Source of the DNA: a virus
Taxonomy: Duplodnaviria > Caudoviricetes
Reading direction: 5' to 3' (one strand)
IMG/VR virus record: IMGVR_UViG_3300010429_000664
Span: 26,066-90,065 of that record
Length of the DNA: 64,000 nucleotides
Each line of letters begins with the position of its first letter. Positions within the stretch are counted from its first letter, which is position 1. Both the position numbers and the translations under genes were made by a program. Below are positions 1 to 9,945 of the stretch, piece after piece. The notes beneath the pieces are model-generated. The model worked only from the letters and a program-made list of their open reading frames with translations, did no database searches and had not been told where the DNA came from.

Positions 1-1
1 G

Positions 2-223
2 GAACTGTATGACCAAATTTCCTCGTTAGTAGATTCACAGGCCAAGGTACTAGTCGGCCAGCTTATGAAGCGCGTTGAAGTTCTTGAACAGGAACAGGCA
101 CTAACTCCGTCTCTGTTTAAGGCTCTAGCTCGCGAATCCGTCTATGAACACTTCCGTAATTTAAATAAGTTGATTGAACTTCAGTTTAAAATCGGTAAGG
201 TAGTATTTACAACAAAGAAGTAA
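2..223 (+). CDS. 3' part of a hypothetical protein (truncated by window start)
   Basis: Frame 2 is open from position 2 to TAA at 221-223 (ELYDQISS...FTTKK*), followed by a GGAGAG RBS for the next gene; not in the ORF track. Confidence 0.6.
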   Translation, partial: ELYDQISSLVDSQAKVLVGQLMKRVEVLEQEQALTPSLFKALARESVYEHFRNLNKLIELQFKIGKVVFTTKK

Positions 224-234
224 GGAGAGATAAA

Positions 235-855
235 ATGGATGAACGCAGCGAAATTAAACAAGAATTTGAAGAGAAGTTAAAAGACGAAGAAAAAATATCT
301 GAAATTGAAGGCGTTATTCGCGATAATAAAGTATGCTTTAAAGTTAGAGAGGAAACCTATCGGTTACGCAAAGCCAGCTATGCCGAAAAACAGGAAATTG
401 ATGCTTTTCGTCGAAAACTTTATCTATCGTATTTAAAAGACGATTCGATGATTTTTAAAAAAGACCTCGTTAAAATGCTTAAAGAAAAACAGATAGACAT
501 CGATAAAAATGACTTAACTATTAAAGAACTTCAGAATTCTATTGATAATCTATTGCTTATCTTAGCTCAGACGACTATAGAAAAAGAAATTCAAGATTTA
601 AAGTCAAAAATTCTTACTTTAAAGACCGAACAGAACAAGTTATACGCAGAAAAATCAGATGTTCTAACGTACTGCATCGAAGAACAGCTATCAACAAACG
701 CTATGATTTATTACGCGCAACTTGTCTTGGATAAAAAAGTCGAAGAAAATTGGGTTAAGGCATTTAAAAACTACGACGAGTTTATTCAATGTGAAGATAG
801 CCAGCTAATTGAGAAAATAACTTACTATATAACGTATTTAGTTTATTCAGATTAA
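235..855 (+). CDS. Putative tail assembly chaperone
   Basis: Helical, charged 206-aa ORF with RBS, two genes upstream of the tape measure gene; assignment is positional only. Confidence 0.4.
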   Translation: MDERSEIKQEFEEKLKDEEKISEIEGVIRDNKVCFKVREETYRLRKASYAEKQEIDAFRRKLYLSYLKDDSMIFKKDLVKMLKEKQIDIDKNDLTIKELQNSIDNLLLILAQTTIEKEIQDLKSKILTLKTEQNKLYAEKSDVLTYCIEEQLSTNAMIYYAQLVLDKKVEENWVKAFKNYDEFIQCEDSQLIEKITYYITYLVYSD

Positions 856-856
856 T

Positions 857-1201
857 ATGAAAAACTATTTGCGTACGTTGGCCGCGTCTTACAGATATCA
901 GTTTTTGTACTCTCAGATGCGAAATGGAGTACCGATAGGATTGTTTGATAATCAAGGCGATTTATCAAAAATTCAAGTTATCTTTTTACAGTGGTTGAGC
1001 TACTATTATAATCTTTATCAGTCGCTTGCGATGAATGAAGACCCGATGTTTTTAACAAAAGAAGTATTACAGGATGAATTACGAACTGACGCTTACGTGT
1101 TATGGAAATCAAAAAAGGACGATAAATCTCATGTTAAAAAAGGGAACGTTATAGATAATTCTACAGTTCCGAGCATGGTATTTATGAAAAAGCAGAAATA
1201 A
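857..1201 (+). CDS. Putative second tail assembly chaperone
   Basis: 114-aa ORF directly upstream of the tape measure gene, TAATATG-coupled to the previous gene; positional inference. Confidence 0.35.
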   Translation: MKNYLRTLAASYRYQFLYSQMRNGVPIGLFDNQGDLSKIQVIFLQWLSYYYNLYQSLAMNEDPMFLTKEVLQDELRTDAYVLWKSKKDDKSHVKKGNVIDNSTVPSMVFMKKQK

Positions 1202-1210
1202 TGGTGAGTT

Positions 1211-4200
1211 ATGTCTGACAAAATGGCCGTACAAGTTAAACTAGGTCTAGACTATTCAGAGTTTAAAGCCGGATTACAACGCGCTCATACTGAACTATCA
1301 AAAACCTTCAATTCTAAATCCGGTCTAACCACAACTAAGATAGATTTTGGTCAGTTTACAGATGCCGGTAAAAAATATCAGCAGTTCGGAACGATTGTAA
1401 CTGATACTAATAATAAAATCGTTAGCAGTCTTAATACAGTTAAGCCGGTAGTTGGTTCAATGGCCGGTGCTTTTGCTAAAATGGACGTAGGTGGTCTAGT
1501 TGCTCGCGCCTTGGTAACAATTCCTGTTTGGTCTGCCATGCGAGCTGGTATGCAAGCTCTAACAGCTACCTTCGAGCATTCTGTTCAATTTATTGTTGAA
1601 TGGGAAACAACGATGGCTCGTTTACAAGTTGTTAGTGGTGGTACAGCCGAAGAAATGCGTTCCCTATCTTCTACTATTCTATCAGTCGGAGCTGCTTATG
1701 GAATGTCATCTAAAGATATTGGCGAAGCGGCAACCATGTGGATTCAACAGGGAAAAAGCGTTGCTGAATTAGCTCCACTGCTATCTACCACTTCTCAGTT
1801 ATCAATCATTACCGGTCGTTCTGTCGCAGACTCGGTTGAGGACATAACTTCATTAATGAAGAACTATGGCATTACAGCGATGGAAACAGGCCGCATAGTA
1901 GATACCTTAACGGCTATTGACATGAAACATGCCATTACGACAACAGACTTGATAGCGGCTTATAAAGAGGCTGCTCCAGTTGCTAGTTTGATGGGAGTTT
2001 CATTTGAAAAACTTGGAGGTATTATTACAGCTACAGAGGTAGCGACAAGGGCCGGTGGTTCGCGCATTGGACATGAACTAACAACGGTATTTACCCGTTT
2101 AGGTTCCATTGCAATAGCAACGATGCAAGACCTAGCTAACGTTCCAATGTATCTTGACGCGGCTGGAAATACAACAACAGAAAATACCGGTCGGTTGCGT
2201 AGTGCTGGTGACGCACTAGACGAATTGGCACTAAAATGGGATACCTTTGGTAATGCCCTTCAGAATAATATAGCTAAAGGTGTTGCCGGAGTACGTCAGG
2301 CCGGACTTTTCGTATCTTCAATGCAGAATTGGAAAGAAGGTCTAGATGCAACCCTAGAAGCTATAAAATCGTTTAATGCCGGTCAACGTGCTACCGATAT
2401 TATGATGAATACGACAGCAAAAAGAGCGGAACAGGTAAAAACGTCTTGGGATTCCATGATAGGAGCTATAGTGGAGACGGAAATACCAAGAGAAGCTCTT
2501 AATTGGTTAGCGAGTACTCTCCAGAATATAGCAGACTTGATTGATAGAATCAATAGGTCAAAAATTAAACCGTCGATGGGAGATTTGTTAGAAAATGCCA
2601 ATCCGGTTACATTAGTTAAAAATGTAGCTACAAAAGGTCCAGCGGCATATGCTAGATTTACAGCCGCAGGAGAAGAAATTACATCCGAAAAGTCTACCGA
2701 GAAGGAAATTAAAAATACTTCTGAAATGACTACGCAATATAAGCAACTTAACGAAGCTATTAAACAAGAAATTAATTTAAGAGCAACTTTGGAGAATTAT
2801 AAGAAGAGTAACTCAGATGGAAAACTGAACAAGTCTATTGAAGATACAGAAAAATTAATCGAAGAATATCAAAAAGTTATTAACGAAGGTTTCAGTTCGC
2901 AAGAGCTAAGACTAGCTGGTAGCGATACTCGTGTTGAAACGTTAAAAAATCTAAAGAAGCACACTGATGAAATCGTTCTTGCTAATATGGCATGGATTCA
3001 GCAGCAATCCGAAATACTTGAGTTAACTAAAAAAATTCACAAAGCCTCTACGGAAGAAGAAAAAGCCACTCTAAACGAGCAGTTGGCTAAAACTTCGTCG
3101 CCCGAGCATTTTGCTAAAATAACGCGAGACATAGCCAGAGAAACAATTAAAGTAGATGAAGAAAAAAGATATGATACAACTAAATCAGAATACGAAGAGC
3201 GAGTTTCCGCAGCAGCAGAAAAGACGGTCAATTTCAGACTAACTGAAAAACAGGTTTTGCTTCAGAATCTAAGCATTTTAAAGGAAATGTCAGCGGTTCA
3301 GGGAAAAGCTGGTTTATCCGATGATTTTGTTAAAAAAGAAGAGGCTAAAATCCAAAAAGGTTTAACCAGAATAGCGCAACAAGAAGAGGACAATCAGTTA
3401 AAACGCGACTTAAATCTCTTAGAAGCTCAAGGTAAAGCGAATGGGCTTGACGAAGTTGCTATCGAGCAACAGAAAAACGACTTAATTAGACAACGCACGA
3501 CAGATACTGAAAAATTAAAAGACTCCGAGAACTCTTTAGCGGTTGCTAAATTAGATGCTCTAACAAAAGAGCACGAGAAAATTAAACAGAACATTGAGAA
3601 AAATAAAGAAAAAGTTACCTCTGAAACAGAAAAACTGAATAAAACCGCCGAAAAGTACCAAGACGTTCTTCGAAAAATATCCAAATCAAATGCCGAGCAT
3701 GTAGAAAAAAGAGCCGATATTAAATCCGCCTCAGAAAAATCAATAGCTCAAATAGAAGAAGACTATAGCAATAGGAATAGAAAATACAGCCCGTCTCAGT
3801 TAAGAGACAGGGCTATTCAGAGCGTTAGAGATAGAGAAAGAGAACAATTAAAGTCGGAAGATAAGCGTTATAATAAAGAACAGGCCGATTTACAAAGACA
3901 GTTTGTATTGGCAGATAGAGATTTTGATGTTCAAAAAGCTCAATTAGATAATTTGAAGTTAATAGCCAGTAAACTAGGTGCTAATCCTATTTCTGCTCCT
4001 AACACTGAAGCTCCTACATCAAATAATCCTAATTCGCGTTCTGAAAGTTCAACCAAAAATACGAACGTCAATACTGCTTTAAATACTTCTGTAACGGTTA
4101 ATATTACAAAAGAGTCGGCCCCTTCCGACGTAGCCGAAACAGTGTCTAAAGCAGTAAAAGATAGTTTGATGGCAGATGAGAAGTTTAGAAGTGCATTTAT

Positions 4201-4222
4201 ATCTGGAGCCGAAATTAAATAA
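1211..4222 (+). CDS. Phage tail tape measure protein (TP901-like core)
   Basis: 1003 aa; Ala/Gly-rich helical N-half with EWETTMARLQVVSG..EEMRSLS..GAAYGMSSKDIGEA core, then a long K/E-rich coiled coil; typical position in a tail operon. Confidence 0.92.
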   Translation: MSDKMAVQVKLGLDYSEFKAGLQRAHTELSKTFNSKSGLTTTKIDFGQFTDAGKKYQQFGTIVTDTNNKIVSSLNTVKPVVGSMAGAFAKMDVGGLVARALVTIPVWSAMRAGMQALTATFEHSVQFIVEWETTMARLQVVSGGTAEEMRSLSSTILSVGAAYGMSSKDIGEAATMWIQQGKSVAELAPLLSTTSQLSIITGRSVADSVEDITSLMKNYGITAMETGRIVDTLTAIDMKHAITTTDLIAAYKEAAPVASLMGVSFEKLGGIITATEVATRAGGSRIGHELTTVFTRLGSIAIATMQDLANVPMYLDAAGNTTTENTGRLRSAGDALDELALKWDTFGNALQNNIAKGVAGVRQAGLFVSSMQNWKEGLDATLEAIKSFNAGQRATDIMMNTTAKRAEQVKTSWDSMIGAIVETEIPREALNWLASTLQNIADLIDRINRSKIKPSMGDLLENANPVTLVKNVATKGPAAYARFTAAGEEITSEKSTEKEIKNTSEMTTQYKQLNEAIKQEINLRATLENYKKSNSDGKLNKSIEDTEKLIEEYQKVINEGFSSQELRLAGSDTRVETLKNLKKHTDEIVLANMAWIQQQSEILELTKKIHKASTEEEKATLNEQLAKTSSPEHFAKITRDIARETIKVDEEKRYDTTKSEYEERVSAAAEKTVNFRLTEKQVLLQNLSILKEMSAVQGKAGLSDDFVKKEEAKIQKGLTRIAQQEEDNQLKRDLNLLEAQGKANGLDEVAIEQQKNDLIRQRTTDTEKLKDSENSLAVAKLDALTKEHEKIKQNIEKNKEKVTSETEKLNKTAEKYQDVLRKISKSNAEHVEKRADIKSASEKSIAQIEEDYSNRNRKYSPSQLRDRAIQSVRDREREQLKSEDKRYNKEQADLQRQFVLADRDFDVQKAQLDNLKLIASKLGANPISAPNTEAPTSNNPNSRSESSTKNTNVNTALNTSVTVNITKESAPSDVAETVSKAVKDSLMADEKFRSAFISGAEIK

Positions 4223-4233
4223 AGGAATACTCT

Positions 4234-4659
4234 ATGTCGGACTATACAGTAGTTTATACATTTAATTCAGGAAGCGGAGAATATACGTTTCCATTAGCTC
4301 AAAAAATTTCAGACCCAGAGCCAACTGCGAAAGCTACTATTATCGAAGGAATTCGTGGAGACGGTTCGGTTTATATTCCAGGCGGCAAAAAAAGCCATAC
4401 TATCACTTTAACTGGTCTACTATTTGATAATGACGGATTTAAGGATATTACTACTCTTATGGATAATATGAGAACCGCCGTTAATACAAACAGCGCTACT
4501 CTAACATGCAAATACTGGGACCCGGAGGCTTCCGGCGGAGGTGCTTGGGTAACTGTATGGGCGTATACCGTTCGACGTACTTCCGAAATTGACTTTGGAG
4601 ATAGTCAGAGAACGGCTATACAACCTTACACAGTATCGTTTTTAGTATTAAGTTATTGA
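4234..4659 (+). CDS. Distal tail (Dit)-like protein
   Basis: 141 aa immediately after the TMP; beta-rich with IEGIRGDG..IPGGKKSHTITLTG, resembling Dit N-domains. Confidence 0.45.
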   Translation: MSDYTVVYTFNSGSGEYTFPLAQKISDPEPTAKATIIEGIRGDGSVYIPGGKKSHTITLTGLLFDNDGFKDITTLMDNMRTAVNTNSATLTCKYWDPEASGGGAWVTVWAYTVRRTSEIDFGDSQRTAIQPYTVSFLVLSY

Positions 4660-4684
4660 CACCAATCGTAAATTTTGTTATAAT
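4656..4684 (+). promoter_or_regulatory. Sigma70-type promoter with extended -10
   Basis: TTGACA (4656-4661), 17 nt, TATAAT (4679-4684), preceded by TGn; AAGGAG RBS and ATG 4725 downstream. Confidence 0.85.
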
Positions 4685-4724
4685 AGATATGTACATTTAT
4701 ATTTTCTAGGAAAGGAGAAATTAT

Positions 4725-5393
4725 ATGGCAACTAATTTAACAGTAAGAGTTAACTATGTAGATGCAGCCGTTAACTATCAAACTACTCCGGCAGATTATA
4801 TCGCAATGGATTTAATCAACGACTATCTGATATGGACGACAGGAGATGCTACAGTAAAGGATTTGATGCTGGCAGCTCCAACTAGCGGGCAGTTAACATC
4901 TGCGGCTACGGTCATTGACCCCGATGTTGCTAAGACGGTTCCCCTCTGTTTACTCTACGACCATTCTCACGATGTTGGCGGAGCTTACTACACTCATAAG
5001 GTTATCGGTATGAGCGAAAATAAGAGATACGTATTTGCTGCTTCGTTTGATGGAGCTACAGCTTCTGAGCCTCAACTAGAAGCGTGGGATACGTCTGCTC
5101 ACACAACAACGGCTAATAAATGTCTAGGAGATGGAACTCCAGCGAACTCGATGGTTAAGGCGGTATGTACTACATCGTCTCTACCGGGAGCATCTTGGAC
5201 AGGAACAGCTATTGCAGGTAGTGGAGCAGGTAGATTCATTCAGTTAAATGATGGCAACGGGGCATTAGCAGCTCTAGCGTCTGGTATTACTAGTCAAGAG
5301 TTGTATTTTAACGCCAAGATTGTTATTCCAGCGGCGTATGCTTCTGCCGTGGCTGAAACGTTCGTTCTTTCGATACGTTATACGTATTCGTAA
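4725..5393 (+). CDS. Putative virion structural (tail) protein
   Basis: 222 aa, Ala/Thr/Gly-rich beta protein within the tail operon, strong RBS. Confidence 0.45.
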   Translation: MATNLTVRVNYVDAAVNYQTTPADYIAMDLINDYLIWTTGDATVKDLMLAAPTSGQLTSAATVIDPDVAKTVPLCLLYDHSHDVGGAYYTHKVIGMSENKRYVFAASFDGATASEPQLEAWDTSAHTTTANKCLGDGTPANSMVKAVCTTSSLPGASWTGTAIAGSGAGRFIQLNDGNGALAALASGITSQELYFNAKIVIPAAYASAVAETFVLSIRYTYS

Positions 5394-5398
5394 GTGTT

Positions 5399-5435
5399 GT
5401 TAGGAATTCGATAAAAAAATATACGAGTTTCTAAC
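5399..5435 (+). other. Intergenic RNA hairpin
   Basis: GTTAGGAATTCG (5399-5410) pairs with CGAGTTTCTAAC (5424-5435): 12 bp with two G-U pairs, 13-nt A-rich loop, no U-tract. Confidence 0.55.
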
Positions 5436-5456
5436 GCCAAAATGTAAGGAGTTAAA

Positions 5457-5846
5457 ATGAGTCCTTTATTTATTGTTGGATTCAAGGACGGGTCGATTTT
5501 TGAAGGTGGCGTAGATTATACCGAAACAAAGTGGTTGCAGATTCCACACAAAGAAATTGCTGCGATTTCATATAGACTTCCAGATGGCAACTATTTAGTT
5601 GTTAGCGGTGCCGAAGAATACTTTCATATGGTAGAAGTTGTTCAGGATATTTACGGAGGCCAGCCGGGAGTTCCGAAACTTGAATATGCTTATCTAATGA
5701 CGAAGAAAAACGGTATAGTAACAAGTTATCGTATGACTTTAATGAATATGGATACATTTCGTATGGGGGATATTACCCGTCGAGAATTTTCAGTAGATGA
5801 CCCTAAGATAAAAGGACTTAACCCTAATTCTTGGGTAGGAAAATAA
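5457..5846 (+). CDS. Hypothetical protein
   Basis: 129-aa ORF with TAAGGAG RBS. Confidence 0.7.
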   Translation: MSPLFIVGFKDGSIFEGGVDYTETKWLQIPHKEIAAISYRLPDGNYLVVSGAEEYFHMVEVVQDIYGGQPGVPKLEYAYLMTKKNGIVTSYRMTLMNMDTFRMGDITRREFSVDDPKIKGLNPNSWVGK

Positions 5847-5847
5847 T

Positions 5848-8082
5848 ATGTCTTTTAATTACTATACAGCACAGTCAGCCACTAATCATGCCAACGTACC
5901 TTGTTCGGTATGCGAGGATTCTAGTGGAAATCTGCATGCTTTATGGTTTAATAGTCCTTCGAATTGCATTGCTTATTACGCGAAATCAACAGATGGAGGA
6001 CAAACTTGGACAGACGGAGAAGGGGGCGGTTCTGGTACAGATTATGCGGTTAAGACAATATCATCTAATAATTTATACTATCCCAAAATCGTTGTTGATT
6101 CTCTAGGTTATATTCACTGTTGGTATTATGACGGTAATACAGGTAAAACCTGTTATAGAAGAAGAACGTCTTCTTGGCAGAGTGAAAATGCCACGTTTTC
6201 TTCTTTTACTTTTGACTTAACTCCACTGTTAGTTGGAGGAGCATGTGTCGATGGCAGTGACAGAATCAGCGTTTTTTATCTTCAGTCGGGAAATACAAAA
6301 CAACTCTGTTCAAGAGATAACGGCGCTACGTGGGATGCGGCCATTACGGTTGGAGGCAGTACGAGTCAGATTAGAGCGGTCACTGCCAGAGGAAGTTATA
6401 CCTACGTTTTAATAAGCAATACTTCTTCCGACCCCTTGGTTTATCGTGGTAGTTATAGTGGTTCTTGGTCTTGGTCGAGTTTAGGAGCCGCTGAAGCAAC
6501 AACCTTTAATGGAAGAGGACTATGTTTAATCGACTCTAGCGATAATATCTATATATTTTACGAACCTACTTCTGGAGGCACTCTACGATATTGTAAATAC
6601 AGTGGAAGTTGGGGTTCTCCTAAAGAAGTTCTTGCTTCTATTGCTAATACTACTTATCTAGGCGGTACAATAAACAGCGATAATAGAATATTTCTTTCTT
6701 ATACCGATGGTTCCGCTACCCACAATCTCTATCTCAATGAGTTTGATACAACTACAGAGGCGTTTCTTGGCACCACTGAAATTGGCAATACTGCTAAAGA
6801 CAATATCGGTCCTGACATGCCTCAGTATGTTAACAATAATACTGCAATCTATGTTTTCTATCATCAAAATACTGAACAATACATGGAGTGTACCGTTGAA
6901 ACGTTGGCAACCACGGTCATTTCAGATATAAATAATGATTTTCGAGCATCCGTTCTTTGGTATCTTTATTATATTAATAATGATGTTCGCATCGCTTCCG
7001 GAACGGTTTATTCCAACATTAACAATGATATTAGGTTTGGAGGGGTTAATTTTTCGGATGTAGCAAATGATATTCGTTTTGTAACTATAAACTATATAGT
7101 TGCCAACGTCAATAACGATATTCGTATTCGTCCTTATTATTATGGTAATATAGCCAACAAGTTTGAAACTCTTGCTGCTTTATATCAAAATGTATCCAAC
7201 AATCTGAAAATAAGAGCGCAAGGACTATCAAATGTCAATAACGATTTACGCCTATTGTTTTCGTGGCAGAAAGCACCTGGTGGAACGTTAGAGTCTCTCG
7301 GAAAGGGTTATGTAACCGTTTCTATTGACAGTGTAGACCAACCGCTCGTGAATGTAGATAGCATTAAGATAAATGAACAGTGCAGCGAATCAGTTAAAGC
7401 ATCTTTCTTAATAGCGGTTCCGTATGACACAACTCCTCCGGTTATCGGTAAAGAAGTTATAATAAAATATTCTACGTATACTATTTTCAAAGGATACGTC
7501 AGCGGTACTTCTTATGATAGTAAAAATGAAGGAATAATGGTCGAATGCCAAGACCTTTTCTGGTTGAACAATCAAAGCACCGTTGGTGCGTTTGGTGTAG
7601 GACATGAACCGGTAGATAATAAAGTATATGTCGGACCAAATCAAACTCCGCCTAATGGTACTTACATTAGTTCTACAGTTAATTCGGAAGGTATTCCGTT
7701 TGACATATATCAGATAATGAAATACTACCCTACTATTGCCGAAGCTATGGCGCTGGTTGGAGGTCCTTTGGTCGGTAACTTTGTTCCCGATAATATTAGT
7801 ATAGGAGAAGTCGGTAAATCGGATGCCATTGTTACATTACTCCAAGAAGCCGGTAATTACGGAGTTTTCTATAAAAACGGTCTTCAATACCTACATATAA
7901 ATGGAACTGGAAACAATCTGGACATTCCGATTCAGACATTAGGCAATAATTTTAATCTTCATCAAGTGATTAGTTACTCAATCGGAACTTCAAAAGATAA
8001 GATAGTTAATACCGCAAAGGTATATTTAGGCAGTACACCATCTGATATTCCTGCAATTAACAATCACATTAAATTACAGTAG
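5848..8082 (+). CDS. Tail protein: BNR/Asp-box propeller + INND repeats + baseplate-hub-like N-part
   Basis: Asp-box motifs (KSTDGGQTW, SRDNGATW), eight [IV]NND[IFVL]R-like repeats, then a hub-like segment (IFKGYVSG...MVECQD); ends in TAG in frame with the next ORF. Confidence 0.6.
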   Translation: MSFNYYTAQSATNHANVPCSVCEDSSGNLHALWFNSPSNCIAYYAKSTDGGQTWTDGEGGGSGTDYAVKTISSNNLYYPKIVVDSLGYIHCWYYDGNTGKTCYRRRTSSWQSENATFSSFTFDLTPLLVGGACVDGSDRISVFYLQSGNTKQLCSRDNGATWDAAITVGGSTSQIRAVTARGSYTYVLISNTSSDPLVYRGSYSGSWSWSSLGAAEATTFNGRGLCLIDSSDNIYIFYEPTSGGTLRYCKYSGSWGSPKEVLASIANTTYLGGTINSDNRIFLSYTDGSATHNLYLNEFDTTTEAFLGTTEIGNTAKDNIGPDMPQYVNNNTAIYVFYHQNTEQYMECTVETLATTVISDINNDFRASVLWYLYYINNDVRIASGTVYSNINNDIRFGGVNFSDVANDIRFVTINYIVANVNNDIRIRPYYYGNIANKFETLAALYQNVSNNLKIRAQGLSNVNNDLRLLFSWQKAPGGTLESLGKGYVTVSIDSVDQPLVNVDSIKINEQCSESVKASFLIAVPYDTTPPVIGKEVIIKYSTYTIFKGYVSGTSYDSKNEGIMVECQDLFWLNNQSTVGAFGVGHEPVDNKVYVGPNQTPPNGTYISSTVNSEGIPFDIYQIMKYYPTIAEAMALVGGPLVGNFVPDNISIGEVGKSDAIVTLLQEAGNYGVFYKNGLQYLHINGTGNNLDIPIQTLGNNFNLHQVISYSIGTSKDKIVNTAKVYLGSTPSDIPAINNHIKLQ

Positions 8083-8088
8083 GTCAAT

Positions 8089-8610
8089 ATGCAACCAGTT
8101 TATTTTATTACCGTAGGCCCGATAGGTATTGAGTCTGGGTTAACAGAAACCATATCAATGCCTAATACCCAAACTGAAGTAGAGTATTTATGGAAAACTC
8201 GAAATGGGTCTATATATCTTTATGCAGTAGGGAGTAGTGGTGGCAGCGGAGCATCGATTGTTACGACCGAAGTACGTAAAAAAATAGTGGTGATAGATGA
8301 CAGTGATTTCGCTCGTGACTTAGTAACAATGAGACTTAGTAGAACCTGTGACTTAATTTATAAAGGAAGTGTTATCATCACTATAGATGCAGCGTGTTTC
8401 TATAACGTGGACCTAAATAAGAAAATATTCGGTCTTAATATCGTAGGTATCGAGTATGACTTTGCTTCATGGACTTGTACCCTAACGGTTCAAACAGAAC
8501 GCGCTTACGCTCGCTCGGTATCTATAAAAGAACGTCCACCTACACAACAAATATTTGCCGATGGTATATCATATAACGGTATACTTGGAGCACCTATAGA
8601 ATGGGCATAA
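8089..8610 (+). CDS. Baseplate-hub-like C-terminal domain (possible read-through continuation of 5848..8082)
   Basis: In frame with the upstream ORF (TAG GTC AAT ATG); KGSVIITID...IVGIEYDF..WTCTLTV resembles terminal hub domains. Confidence 0.45.
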   Translation: MQPVYFITVGPIGIESGLTETISMPNTQTEVEYLWKTRNGSIYLYAVGSSGGSGASIVTTEVRKKIVVIDDSDFARDLVTMRLSRTCDLIYKGSVIITIDAACFYNVDLNKKIFGLNIVGIEYDFASWTCTLTVQTERAYARSVSIKERPPTQQIFADGISYNGILGAPIEWA

Positions 8611-8611
8611 T

Positions 8612-8704
8612 ATGACACTCACTCAGATGTTGCGAAGTATTTTAGCTCGTATTAAGAAACTAGAAGACAAAAAAGACTCTAATTACGCCGTCTATTCGGA
8701 GTAA
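8612..8704 (+). CDS. 30-aa small protein
   Basis: MTLTQMLRSILARIKKLEDKKDSNYAVYSE*, flanked on both sides by TAATATG couplings; below the ORF-track threshold. Confidence 0.55.
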   Translation: MTLTQMLRSILARIKKLEDKKDSNYAVYSE

Positions 8705-8705
8705 T

Positions 8706-9944
8706 ATGCCAAAGTGTCCTAATTGTACCTCTGAACTTGGTCTTTTTACTGACGACCCGATTATTCCAGGCATTACTAGAATACGCGCCGTACATATTCT
8801 TGAATTACAGGCTCGCTGTCACCAAGCCGAAATTGACGGCGGTATTACTCCGCTATCAGTTTTTTCTGAAATATCCGCAAACGTTTCTAAAGTACGCAAT
8901 AATCACATTCAAGAGATTAGAAGTTCCATCGAAAAAATAATGGACAACGACCTAACTACCTATTTTAATTATGACTACGATGGAAATTTTTTAGGAACAG
9001 ATAGAACTGATTGGATTGACAAAGATTTGGTGGCATATGTAAACAAAATACGATATTTGCACATAGAAGACCTGCGACACCCGCTCTTAACAACTTGGAA
9101 AGAAACTTGGAATTTTAGTAGTAGTCTTTCGAATGGTCTTTCAATGTCATCTGCTTTAAATAACAATATTCAGCAGAGCGATATATTTAAAACTTCTTTA
9201 GATAGCGCAAGTAGTTATCAAACATCGACGAACTATCTTTCCCCAGATAAGAATCGAATTTCTTTAGGAACTTTAGCTAACGTTAGCTGCTCTTACGCTT
9301 CTGGTTGGTATTATATCGATGGAACTACTCTCATACAAGGGTCATATGGAACCACGTATCGTCCAAACGGAATAGCGACTGGAGTTCATACAATAAATGA
9401 CGGAACTTTAAGTTGGAATATACTCAGTTCTGGTGTTAATGTAGTAACGGGTCCAACTCGTATTTTGGGTGCTGGTACTCCAGAAAGCCCTTATGTGCCT
9501 CATTTTTATGGTTATTCAACTGCTAACGTGTCTATCTTTCAGAACGTAACCATTACACTGCCTTATGATAAAGATAATAATCCTAAGTGGTATATATTAA
9601 CCACTGGTAGCAAGTTAATTTATACCGGAGCGGCTATTACTTTATATATTATAGAAAAATTAGAAGCCGGACTAGGCGAAGATTATAGTCAGACGTTTAG
9701 TACAGGCGGAACATATGCTTTAGCAGATAGACTAGATTTTAGTAACGGTAGAAGATATTATTTCTACGGTGTTTCTTTGCCTATTGGAACCTCTGCTTCT
9801 TATTCAACATATTATCCAAATGGAATTGATAATCCTCCAGTAACTGTTCCTGAAGTTGTAACTGTAAATTCTGGCGTAATCTCGGCTACTTACGGCACTA
9901 TACGAGTGTCCGCGTTAATTCCAAGTGTTAATCCGAGTATTTAA
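8706..9944 (+). CDS. Tail fibre / receptor-binding-like protein
   Basis: N-terminal CPNC and three R..HI.[ED][LI][RQ] motifs typical of fibre anchor regions, then a Ser/Thr/Tyr-rich beta region. Confidence 0.5.
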   Translation: MPKCPNCTSELGLFTDDPIIPGITRIRAVHILELQARCHQAEIDGGITPLSVFSEISANVSKVRNNHIQEIRSSIEKIMDNDLTTYFNYDYDGNFLGTDRTDWIDKDLVAYVNKIRYLHIEDLRHPLLTTWKETWNFSSSLSNGLSMSSALNNNIQQSDIFKTSLDSASSYQTSTNYLSPDKNRISLGTLANVSCSYASGWYYIDGTTLIQGSYGTTYRPNGIATGVHTINDGTLSWNILSSGVNVVTGPTRILGAGTPESPYVPHFYGYSTANVSIFQNVTITLPYDKDNNPKWYILTTGSKLIYTGAAITLYIIEKLEAGLGEDYSQTFSTGGTYALADRLDFSNGRRYYFYGVSLPIGTSASYSTYYPNGIDNPPVTVPEVVTVNSGVISATYGTIRVSALIPSVNPSI

Positions 9945-9945
9945 T

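Noticed and set aside
780-870. Programmed -1 frameshift between the two putative tail chaperone genes
   Set aside because: The second ORF is in the +1 frame, that frame is closed by TAG at 839-841, no X-XXY-YYZ heptamer is in register, and the junction is a plain TAATATG.
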